NCBI GenBank assembly: GCA_030390025.1
Contig: CM059425.1
Coordinates: 167,278,001 to 167,342,000, forward strand
DNA: 64,000 nt
Direction: 5' to 3'
From: Squalus acanthias
Lineage: Eukaryota
Below are positions 51,614-62,281 of the stretch, piece after piece; the stretch's first letter is position 1, and every line of letters starts with the position of its first letter. The translations under genes and the position numbers were made by a program. The notes below the pieces were generated by a model that was not told where the DNA came from, ran no database searches, and saw only the letters and a program-made list of their open reading frames with translations.

Positions 51614-51751
51614 CAGAAAATGCTGGAAATACTCAGCAGGTCAGGCAGCATCCGTGGAGAGAGAAACAGAGTTAACGTCTCAGGTCGAGATGCTGCCTGA
51701 CCTGCTGAGTATTTCCAGCATTTTCTGCTTTTATTTCAGATTTACAGCATC
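51614..51751. mobile_element. Fold-back PLE (family 1) pLTR fragment
   Basis: Perfect 39-bp inverted repeat (51614-51652 / 51689-51727), homologous to 29020-29095 and 57538-57580. Confidence 0.85.
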
Positions 51752-52674
51752 CACTCGCAGAGGGAAGAGGAAGATACAGAAGAGAAGGAAGCAGAAAAGG
51801 AGGAAGCAGAAGGAAGGATGCAACCCAGGCAGCCCCTTTCTGGCTGGGATATACGGGATGGAATCATCCGCCTGCGGTATCAGTGACCACAACCCCAATT
51901 CCCCTTTCAACATTAGTCCCACACCTTACCTTCCTTCTGTTACTGACCATCACAGCGTCCTCTTGGCCACAATGCTGAAATAAAAGCAACACAAAGCAAT
52001 CTTTTCAATCCAACTTTATACGTCTATCCATCCAATATGACATCAAGAAATCAACTAATCACCCTTATGCATTCCCTTAGTGATTGTCTTGTGTGTGCCT
52101 TTGCCTATCCTACTGATGTCGTGCAGTGCTACCCCAGTGGCTGCAGCATGACTGGTGGAAGGCTGCTGACTTTCAGTGGAGGACTCTGCAGATGGCCTTG
52201 CTGGTCGACCTTGAGGAGCTGCTGGCTGGGAGTGTCGAATCGAGTGATGGCGTTTCTTCTTCTTCTTCACTCTCCTCTCCCTCTTCTTGGTCAAGCACTG
52301 GCTGAGCAGGCTACATTTCCTGGATGTGTGAAATGAGGAAGGCACTAGGGTGGAGTTGTGGTGAGGGAAGGGCAGGAAAGCAAGAGCTGCATGCGAGAAG
52401 GAGGATAATATATGAGGATACCAGCATCTTGTATCCTTTCAGCCCCGCCGCTAGACAAGGGCTCAGCCATGCCCCTGCCAAAATGGCCAGCACCGTCTCT
52501 TCCAAGGGTATGAGGTGAAGCTAGGAATGGGAGGTGTGCCTCGTGTTTGGTACAGATTGTTGGTAGGTGAGTGACTGGGGGTGGGTGGGGGTGGGGTGGA
52601 GTCGTGCATTGAGAAGTGTGTGAGGCTAGTGGTGCAGTTGGTAGGAGACGGCTTTTGAAGATGCATTCTCTGAC

Positions 52675-52903
52675 ATTGGCCACTTGTCTAAGGTCATGAA
52701 GCTTCTTTGGGCAGTGGAGCCAGGTCGTGGGGGGAACACTGCTGACAGTGACGGCCTCGGTGATCTGGTCCCACATCGTTCTTTCTTGAGGGCCTCCTGG
52801 CCCCTGTGGGTAGAGGACCTCTTTTCCAGTATTTGACACCTGCACAAAGCTGGAGTGCTGCATGTGAGACCCTGGGTGCTCCTTCCCTGGCTTGCTGAAC
52901 CAT
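52675..52903 (-). pseudogene. Harbinger Myb/SANT-like DNA-binding protein, exon 1 remnant
   Basis: MVQQAREGAPRVS...EVLYP...WDQITEAV...TWLHCPKKLHDL followed by a GT donor; frameshifted. Confidence 0.75.
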
Positions 52904-53445
52904 TTGTGTTAGTGCTAAAGCACTTTTAGCATTTTTTTTAGGTGCGCAAGGCAATTCAGTTTAAAGAGCTGAAGACTCCCATTTGGGAATTCTTTTTAAT
53001 GTTATTTTTTTTTTCAGAAGGCATTTGAGCTGTAAGGGCTAAAAACTGCCTATTTTTATATGATTTTTATTTTTTTCATTTCAGAAGGCAGTTCCCTTTT
53101 AAGGGACTGAAATGCTTTCTGAAATGACAGCCTTGCTTTAAGAGAAGGCCATTCTTGCTGCAGTAACGCTACGGCCACGTTACATTGGGGCCTCCTGCCG
53201 GGACTAACGCCAGCAGAATGGCGTTGCACAGTGAGTTTAGCGCTGGGCTAATGTTAATTAGTCCCCAGCGCCAATTTACCGGTCCTGCCAGCGCCATCAT
53301 TTTCGGCGGCCGTTATCACCGGCCCGAGGTGGCACCAGCAGGTTTTTACCGATATCGAATTTCTAGGCTATGGAGTTTAATGTGGGAAACAGTGAGGTCA
53401 TCCGAGAAAGACTAAACGGAATATTATCTTAATGGTGAGAGACTA

Positions 53446-54146
53446 GGGGGTAAAAATTCAGTTGGTTGCGCCTCCCGTTAGCGCCTTACGAGGGCGCTAA
53501 TGGGGCGCAAAGCCGCTAACGCCCGGGCGCAGCGATGTTTGCGCCGCTCGGGAACTTAACTAGACATTGTGCGGTGGCGCTAAACTTTACCGCCGCGACC
53601 ACCTGCGCGCGCAGATTGTGACGTCATTCCATGGTGCAACGCCCTTGTGGCGCCCCGGAGCGGAAATTGAGTGGCACCCCCTGCCTTACCGCCTGTCGCA
53701 TCCAACGACCGGAAGACTGGAACGCTATCAATCGCTGTGGGGCTGGGGGGGGGCGCTATTTAAAGGGGGCCTCTTCCTGTCTTTTTCTGTGGTTGACATT
53801 TTTGCACCACTCGAATTGAGAGAGAGAGAGAGATTCGGAGAGAGAGAAAGAGAGGCTTCTGCATTGAGTCAACGCTTTGTGAGGTAGTTTTGCCTACTGA
53901 TCCTAACAGTTGGCCCCCCCCCCGCTTTAAGAACTGGCCGGTGCCAGTGTGTCTGTGTTCCCTCGCTAACTGGCAGCACCTGCGCTGCGCTCGCGCGCTG
54001 AGTTAGCGCCTCACTGCTCGGCCTTTGCGCCTTAAGACAGGTGTGCAGCGCCTGATTTAGCGCTCCACTCACCTCCCGGGGCGGTAAAAGTGAGGTTTCC
54101 AGTCAGTGGCGATAATTAAATGGGGCGCGACCTAATTTTTCCCCCC
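53446..54146. mobile_element. PIF/Harbinger MITE family M1, copy 2 (inverted relative to copy 1)
   Basis: Reverse-complement homolog of 35517-36403 with a shorter centre. Confidence 0.85.
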
Positions 54147-54739
54147 ATGAGCTGTGGAGGAGCAAAGGGATTTAGGTCCATGTACACAGATCACTAAAAG
54201 CTAGTGCACAGTTACAAAAAGTAATTAAAAAGGATAATGGAATGTTGGCCTTTATCTCAAGGGAGTTGGAATACAAAGCGGAGGAACTGATGCTTCAGTT
54301 GAACAGAGCCTGGATCTGAAGTACTGCATTCAGTTTTCGGCACCCAACCACGGGAAAGGTATATTGTCTTGGAGTGGGTATAGAGGAGATTCACCAGAAT
54401 GATACCAGGGCTTAATGGTTTAAATTAGGAGGGCAGGTTGCATAAAGTTGTTTTGTATTCCTTTGAGTTTAGAAGATTAAGGGGTAATCTAATAAAGGTC
54501 TTTTAAACAATAAAGGCATTTCATAGGGTAGATACAGAGAAACAAATCCCTCTGGTGGGACAAAAAATGGACACCTAGACGATGGAATGAAAATCCATGT
54601 ACAAACCCACAAAGGTTCTGTTTTATATGCAGAGGATAGATATTGCAGCAATATCAGTTTGAGTCTGGTGGGGGTGGGTGGGGGAAGAGGTGGATGATTA
54701 CCAAATTCAGCAATATAAAACTATATCAAAGCATAACAT

Positions 54740-55552
54740 GAACACAGAATGGTACAGCCTAGAAGGAGGCCATTCGGCCTACCATGCCTGTGCCGGCTCT
54801 TTGTAAGAACTATCCAATTAATCTCACTCAGTGTTCCTTTTAAGCTGCGCGGCCACGCAGCGCTCTGCAGCTCCCGCACAGCCGGTTCACCGGCTTTTAA
54901 ATAGGAAAAACCGCGCATGCACGGCATTTTGAATGGGCTGCACAGCCCCTTAAAGGTGCCACGCACCCAAAAAAAATGGAAGGGAGGATTCCACTCCCCT
55001 GCTGTTTCCCCATAGCCCTGCAAATTTTTACACTTCAACTATTTATCCAATTCACTTTTGAAAGTTATTATTAAATCTGCTTTCACCACCCTTTCAGGCA
55101 GTACATTCCAGATCATAACAACTTACTGCATATTCTTTTTCCTCATGTCGGCTCAGGTTCTTTTGCCAATTACCTTAAATCTGTGTCCTCTGGTTACCAA
55201 CCCTTCTGCCACTGGAAACAGTTTCTCCTATTTACTCTATCAAAACCATTCATGATTTTGAACACTTCTTGATTTTGAACACTTCTATCAAATCTCCCCT
55301 TAACCTTCTCTGCTCTAAGGAGAACAACCCCAGTTTCTCTAGTCTCTCCACATAACTGAAGTCTTTCATCCCTGGTGCCATTCTAGTAAATTGTCTCTGC
55401 ATCCTCTCTAAGGCTTTGACATCCTTCCTAAAGTTTGCTGCCCAGAATTGGACACAATACTCCAGCTGGGGCCTAACCAGTGTTTTATAAAGCTTTAGCA
55501 TAACTTCCTTGCTTTTGTACTCTATTTATAAAGCCAAGGATCTCGTATGCCT
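54740..55552 (-). mobile_element. CR1 3' fragment
   Basis: [18 protein letters not shown]...RRLRGDLIEVFK. Confidence 0.88.
54829..54987. mobile_element. Probable hAT MITE in CR1 tail
   Basis: Starts CAGTGTTCC; imperfect 8-bp TSD ATCTCACT/ATTCCACT; right TIR damaged. Confidence 0.5.
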
Positions 55553-56423
55553 TGATGTATGATCTCACCATTCTATTTAGAAATCTTGTACGTTTAGGTG
55601 TTGACAATACATTAAGTAAGAAAAAGTAGAACCCATTTCCTGCTTGAGTGGGTTAAGAATTGAACACACTTTTACCAATACCAGTACAGAAAACCGAATG
55701 TGTTCAACAAATTAATATCACATCCATCACAATGCTATCATTTATCAATGTGCCTTTATGCATGATTGAGATTGCAGTGTTGCTGAAGAATGAGAGAAAT
55801 AGGAAATGTTGTGGACCATCCCAGCATCCATAGCACCAATGAAACAGTTCTATTAAATTAACTGAGTCTATAGTTTTATTAGAGCTGGAAGAAAAAATAG
55901 CTACAAATCCCACAGCCAGAAAGGCTGCAAAGAGAGAAAAAAGGAACAGAAAGCAAAGAAAGATATAAAAAGAATGTATGAATGCCAGTATTATACTGCA
56001 CCGAAGTCAGTGTCTACTCAATTTTCACCTGTGATGCAGATGAGAGCCATGTTTTAAATGCTTGCTTCCATTGTTCTGAGTTCAGTAAGGCAGAGCTCTA
56101 CATATGAGTAATCAAATGCTTGTCAGAATGCTGCTCCTAACCTGTTATTGCCTGTGTGCGCTTCCCATAGTTACCATGAGAATCTGGTCACCCCAATAAC
56201 TGAAGAAAAGTAGTGACTCAGCACATATGACAGCCAGACAAAACCATAAAATCAGTTCAAAGCATGAATAGCCATCCTCTGCGACCCGTGTGACAGATGC
56301 AGCTACTTTCAGTCATGTTTACGTTTTTACAGCCTTCCGGACTCACCATTGAATTCAACAATTTCAGATCATAACCACCGCTCCCATTTTTTTGGACAGC
56401 AGCTGTTGATAATGATTCTGCTA

Positions 56424-57266
56424 AGTGAGTGGGCAAGAACGTGGCAAATGGAATATAATGTGGAGAGATGTGAAGTTATTCACTTTGGTAAGAAAAATAG
56501 AAAAGCAGAGTATTTTTTAAATGGTGAGAGATTGGGAAATGTTGGTGTTCAGTGGGACCTGGGTGTCCTTGTACACGAATCACTGAAAGTTAACATGCAG
56601 GTACAGCAAGCAATTAGGAAAGCAAATGGTGTGTTGGCCTTTATTACAAGAGAATTTGAGTATAAGAGTAAAAGCATCTTACTGCAATTATATAGGGCCC
56701 TGGTGAGACCACACCTGAAGTATTGTGTACAGTTTTGGTTCCCTTACCTAAGGAAGGATATACTTGCCATAGAGGCAGTGCAACGAAGGTTCACCAGACT
56801 GGTTCCTGGGATGGGGGGGGATTGTCCTATGAGGAGAGATTGAGTAGACTAGGCCTATATTCTCTAGAGTTTAGAAGAATGAGAGGTGATCTCATTGAAA
56901 CATACAACATTCTTACAGTGCTTGACAGGGTAGATGCAGGGAGGATGTTTCTCCTGGCTGGTGAGTCTAGAACCAGGGGTCACAGTCTCAGAATAAGGGG
57001 TCAGCCATTTAGGACTGAGATGAAGAGAAATTTCTTCACTCAGAGAGTGGTGAATCTTTGGAATTCTTTACCCCAGAGGGCTGTGAAGGCTCGGGCGTTG
57101 AGTATATTCAAGACAGAGATCGCTAGATTTTTGGATATTAAGGGATATGGGGATAGTGCAGGAAAGTAGAGTTGAGGTCGAAGATCAGCCATGATCTTAT
57201 TGAATGGCGGAGTAGGCTCGAGGGGCCGAATGGCCTACTTCTGCTCCTATTTCTTATGTTCTTATG
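56424..57266 (+). mobile_element. CR1 3' fragment (same subfamily as 22320-24670)
   Basis: Near-identical to 23822-24670; TSD TTCTGCTA (56416-56423 / 57267-57274). Confidence 0.92.
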
Positions 57267-57482
57267 TTCTGCTATTGCCATTTACACCTCCTCTAGACCC
57301 ATCCTTTGTTTCTTTACTTGTCCCATTACCACTCCCTTTTGCCTTGCACCATCAACCCTTTTGTCATTTAATCTCGCCTGCTCTCCACCCTATCACAGAC
57401 CTTCCCTTTTGTTCTTTTCTCCCCTCCCCCCTTTCCCTGCCTCTGCACTTGCTTAAATCCTGTTACATCTCTAACTTTTTGC

Positions 57483-57519
57483 AGTTCTGATGAAAGGTCA
57501 TCAACCTGAAAAGTTAACT
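57483..57519 (+). ncRNA. Minimal hammerhead ribozyme (variant stem III)
   Basis: AGTT-CTGATGA-AAGGTCATCAACCT-GAAA-AGTT-AACT. Confidence 0.72.
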
Positions 57520-59117
57520 TTGTTTCTCTCTCCAGAGATGCTGCCTGACCTGCTGAGTATTTCCCAGCATTTTCTGTTTTTATTTTACATTTTTACTGCT
57601 TGGTAACACCGGCTATGTAGCTGACTAATGACTGGGAATTTCACACGAGATCTGCCGAAGCTCTGGTCATAAGACTACAAACCTTTGTTAAATCGGACAA
57701 ATTCACACTGGATAAAATAACTAGATTGCTGTCCGTGTGGCCACAGTCAGACCATTGACTGAACAAACGTGCTCACATTTCATATTCCACTATCGCAATT
57801 AATGAGTCTGATTACACTGTGCATTTTCGCTTTCTATTGCCAATTACAAAGCTTGGGGCAAGGTCTGTGTGAGTGCCAATAGGGTGGACTTGACAGCAAT
57901 GATGTGGTCAATAATTTCCATGCCTCTACAGCTGAAATTTCAGGCAAACTAAAATTAATCCTGCTAGCTGCTCATCCACTTAACAGCATCCAGTTAAGGC
58001 AACTATAAAGGGAAGGAAAGCTGTTATGCAAATGCTGAGTACCTTTAATCTGGTACTTGCAAACTCTTCAGTGCAATCAATGGCTGCTGCAAGATTATAT
58101 TACGGTGCAGTGCATTGTGAGGTCAGAGTGCCCTTAAGGAAATTAAGCAGGGTCAAAGTGTTGCGAACATCCGCAAGGATGCACAATAACATGAAAATAA
58201 CCCTAAATTGTTTTTCTGTCGGTTGACATCTGTTTATCATTATCAAAAGAGTTCATCTGAGCTAGCAAGTCAGGTGCTCTCCATGAGCGCAGCCTCGGTC
58301 TGGAAAGAGCATTATACTAAATTGCTGCCTGATCCAACAGGCTGTTGTAAGCATCCATCCACATGCAGGGCTGAAAAGCTGGTGTAGTGTGCTGCACAGA
58401 TGGAATGTCTTAATGAACCTGTTAGAGGGGAGTACGTAGTAATTACTAGCTGATGGTAGGCATGGGTGGTATTCATGCTGACTTCCTAAAAGCAGCTGTA
58501 GGAGAGTTGGGGGAAACAGTACTTTCAGAAATGCCTGGGCCTCCAGAACATCTGATACATATGGCACAACAACCCAAAGGACCACCTTAACAGCCACTGA
58601 TAGCAGCAAGATTTCTCAACAGTTTTCAAATTTACTAGGATCCTCTTCTTGTCGATAGAAAATACAGCTGCACTCTGGAGTACCAAGGCTGTGTCTGGCT
58701 TGAACAAAATCCTATTCACTAACGACAACAATCTTGAGAACAGAGCTAGGAACTACTGACTCACCTTAGAGTTGCCTCTTGTGAGGGCAGCGAATAGCTC
58801 TGGAGGCCTACAGAGTATCTGTTCCAGGCATTTCTGAAAGTATTGTTATGCTCCTTTCCACAGATAGTATTGTGTTGCTCACAGACTCAGCTGAGAATCT
58901 AGTGCGCTATACTCACCATATTGAACAATGGGCTAACCAGTGAAATGTGGTGGAAGGCACCCCTGAGTACAGTATTATGGTCTTGCAGAGCCCTAGAGGA
59001 GAACTCAAAATATTGATTGGGAGATAAAAGGGGCAGCTGTTCCAGTTGTTGATTCATATTGGTACCTAGGGAGGATTGCGAAGCAATGAGAGAAGCACTT
59101 GCTGCTGAACCTCCAAC

Positions 59118-59233
59118 TGGGACAGGGTGCTGGATTTGAATGATCAGCCATGATCGTATTGAATGGTGGAGCAGGCTCGATGGGCCGAATGGCCTACTCC
59201 TGCTCCTAGATTCTATGTTTCTATGTTTCTATG
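59118..59233 (+). mobile_element. CR1/HE1-type 3' tail insertion
   Basis: Stem-loop plus (TTCTATGT)n; nearly identical to the reverse complement of 1721-1835. Confidence 0.8.
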
Positions 59234-59384
59234 GTGATAACACTATTCAATGAGGTATTGTATGTGTCCATTCTGTGATCAGAAGGATGATGGCACTGGA
59301 CTCACATATTTTTGATGAGTTTTGTTGCTCATTATCCCACTAATAGGGAGCTCCTGGTACCTGATGTCCAGCTAATGACAACTG

Positions 59385-60325
59385 GCGATATCATCCGATG
59401 TCAGATTCCACATGTACGCTGATGGCACCCAGCTCTACCTCACTACCACCTCTCTTGACCCCCTCTACGGCCTCTGACTTGTCACTCTGTTCGTTCAACA
59501 TAAGCAGAAATTTCCTCCAACTAAATATTGGGAAGATAGAAGCCATCGAACCCCACCACAAACTCCATTCCCTAGCCACCGACTCTATCCCTCTTCTTGG
59601 CCACTGTCTAAGGCTGAACCAGATCTTTGCAACCTTGGTGTCCTATTTGACGCTGAGATGAGCTTCCGACCCCATATCCTCTCCATCAACAAGACTGCTT
59701 ACTTCCACCTTCGCAACATCACCCATCTCCGTGCCTGCCTCAGCTCATCTGCTGCAGAAACCCTCATACATGCCTTTGTTAACTATAGACTCAACTATTC
59801 CAATGCTCACCTGGCCGGCCTTCCCACCTTGCAGCCTCCATAAACTTAAACTCATCCAAATCTCTGCTGCCAGTATCGTAACTCACATCAAGTCCCATTC
59901 ACCCATCACCCCTGTGCTCGCTGACCTACATTGGCTCCCGGTCCGGCTATGCCTTGATTTTAAAATTCTCATTCTAGTTTTCAAATGCCTCCATGGCCTT
60001 ACTCCTCCCTAGCTCTGTGACCTCCTCGGGCCCTCCGAGATCTCTGCGCTCCTCCAATTCTGGCCTCTGACGCATCCCCAATTTTCATCACTCCACCATT
60101 GGCGGCTGTGCATTCAGCTACTGAGGCCCTAAGCTCTGGAATTCCATCCCTAAACCTGTCTGTCTCTCTACCTCTCTCTCCTTTAAGACTGCTCCTTAAG
60201 ACCTACATATTTGACCAAGCTTTTGGTCATCTGCCCTAATATCTCCTTATGTGGCTAGGTGTCAAATTTTGTTTGAAAATCGCTCCTGTTAAGTACCTTG
60301 GAACGTTTTACTACGTTAAAGGCGA
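59385..60325 (+). mobile_element. L2 LINE 3' portion
   Basis: [30 protein letters not shown]. Confidence 0.88.
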
Positions 60326-60327
60326 AG

Positions 60328-60790
60328 TGTCAGCTGTGGCTCAGTTGGTAGCACCGTCACCTCTGAGTCAGAAGGTTGTGGGTTCAAGTTCCCACTCCAG
60401 AGACTTGAGCACAAAAAAAAAATCTAGGCTGACACTCCAGTACAGTACTGAGGGAGAGCTGTCCTGTTGGAGGTGCCATCTTTCGGAGGAGACTTTAAAC
60501 AAGGCCCCGTCTGCCCTCTTGGGTGAACGTAAAAAGATCCTATGGCATTACTTTGAAGAAGAGCAGCCGAGTTATCCCCAGTGTCCTAGTCAATATTTAT
60601 CCCTCAATCAACATCACTAAAACATTGGTCATTATCACATTGCTGTTTGTGGGAGCTTGCTATGTGCAAATTGGCTGCCGCGTTTCCGACATTACAACAG
60701 TGACTACACTTCAAAAAGTACTTAATTGACTGTAAAGTGCTTTGGGATGTCTGGTGGTCGTGAAAGGTGCTATATAAATGCAAGTCTTTT
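60328..60790 (+). mobile_element. Full-length SacSINE1/DeuSINE-like tRNA SINE
   Basis: A box TGGCTCAGTTGG, B box GGTTCAAGTTCC, Deu-like core, L2-type tail GCTATATAAATGCAAGT. Confidence 0.85.
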
Positions 60791-61164
60791 ATATAAATGC
60801 AAGTTGATGTTGTTGAAATCCATGCATCCCACTTGTGATCAATGAGTGTCTATCATCTTTTGGGGGGGGGGGGGAATGTAAGTAGATTTTTTAATTATTA
60901 TTTGTTTTCAGGATATGGGTGACACTGTCAAAGTGAGATTTTTGCATTGCCCCAACTCTAACATCAGCAGATCAGTGGTGCAAGCTATGGCTATGTTCAC
61001 CAGAACCCGCCCCTCGTCGATTTTCAAAGCCAATATTCCTTCACTTGTCTAGTAGGGGGGAAAAAACAGAATCCAGAAAGTGGAAATCCAAATGTTGTGG
61101 CACAAAATTGATGGTGCATGTTTAGGAGGTCTGGGAGCATGCTCCCTAGAAACATATTTATATT

Positions 61165-61894
61165 GGCCCAGAAATTGATCTCGCTCTGTTCCCGCGGGGG
61201 TAAGGAGCAGGCGCGATCTCTCACTCCGCGTTGGCTTTTTCAGATCCAGCTCGCACGAACTTGATGTTCTAGACATCAGCTGGGCAGTGCTTGCGTATCC
61301 CACCGGCGTAGTGAATTCGTGCGAGCTGTGGGATCACGTGACTCAGTTAGAGCCAATGGCAGCACACCATCTTCCATTCATAAGTTTCGCATACGTGCTG
61401 TGAAAGCTATGAATCTTACACACCCCCAAAATGACAGCTAAACCTCAATTAAATTTAAAAAAACATCACATTAATAAAATAAGTATAGTTAAATAAATTA
61501 ACCATTTTAAATAAAAAATTAAATTTTTGAAAAAATTTAAAATCTTTTAAAAAGTTATAAAAATAAACTTACCTGTCTTTAAAGTCTCTAAAAAAGATAC
61601 ACCTGTTAAAAAACATTCAAAATAATACTTAATTCACTACTTACCTTGTTAAAAGTGGGTCTTACTCCTCCTTTTTTCGTTTCTAAAATCTTCCGTCCTT
61701 ACCTGCGCGTCCAAAGCACTAAGTGCACAGCGTGCGCGCAGCCTGTAGCGCGCACCCGGTGCACCGAGGAACCGCCCCCTTTTCCAAAGACCAAGTGCCG
61801 GTTTTCAGCGCATGCGCAGTGCATGCAGAAAACCGGCAATTGGAGAGAGAGTACGCAGTGCGTACTCTCGCGCAGCGGGATCAATTTTTGGCCC
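61165..61894. mobile_element. PIF/Harbinger MITE (M4)
   Basis: TIRs GGCCCAGAAATTGATC / GATCAATTTTTGGCCC; TSD ATT; GC-rich arms with an AT-rich core. Confidence 0.85.
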
Positions 61895-62281
61895 ATTAAA
61901 AATGATGCATTCTAGTTGATTTTGATCAATTTAATACCTCACAATTGATGCATTTTAGATTTTTTAAAGATGTGACATTTGGATTTTCAATAGACCGACT
62001 AAAATAAAATAACTCAATAATAATTCTCCCATATCCAACCCACCATACCTCCTCAGTTCACAAAGACATTCTACCTTCATATGACCCAGTTCATAAATAC
62101 CATACACCCCATCTTCACCCTTTCAGAGAGACACACTTCTCCTTCTCCCTTGACGTTTGAATCTGGAACTCTTCTCCCCCTCCAACCTAATTAAGGTAGT
62201 ACTTTTCTTCCACTCTCTTTCATTTGAGATGATACTATTCGCTCCCTTCTCAGAGTTCTTCTTGGCACTCTTCATCTTTCA

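Larger units (their letters stand above)
51138..53368 (+). mobile_element. Harbinger deletion derivative (transposase deleted, Myb/SANT remnant retained)
   Basis: TIRs GGACCCAGAAATT / AATTTCTAGGC; TSD TAT; shares blocks (e.g. TTGGCCACAATGCTGAAAT, CAACTAATCACCCTT) with 26050-27210. Confidence 0.82.
50695..54560 (+). mobile_element. Decayed CR1 RT, interrupted twice by Harbinger elements
   Basis: [27 protein letters not shown]; the sequence resumes after each insert. Confidence 0.8.
56331..57583 (+). mobile_element. PLE family 1 3' end (GIY-YIG tail + pLTR), split by CR1
   Basis: QPSGLTIEFNNFRS* at 56329-56373; 13-bp TSD TTTAC(G/A)TTTTTAC (56318-56330 / 57584-57596). Confidence 0.85.

Noticed and set aside
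60328..60410. tRNA gene
   Set aside because: The A and B boxes belong to a SINE head that continues into the Deu core and L2 tail.
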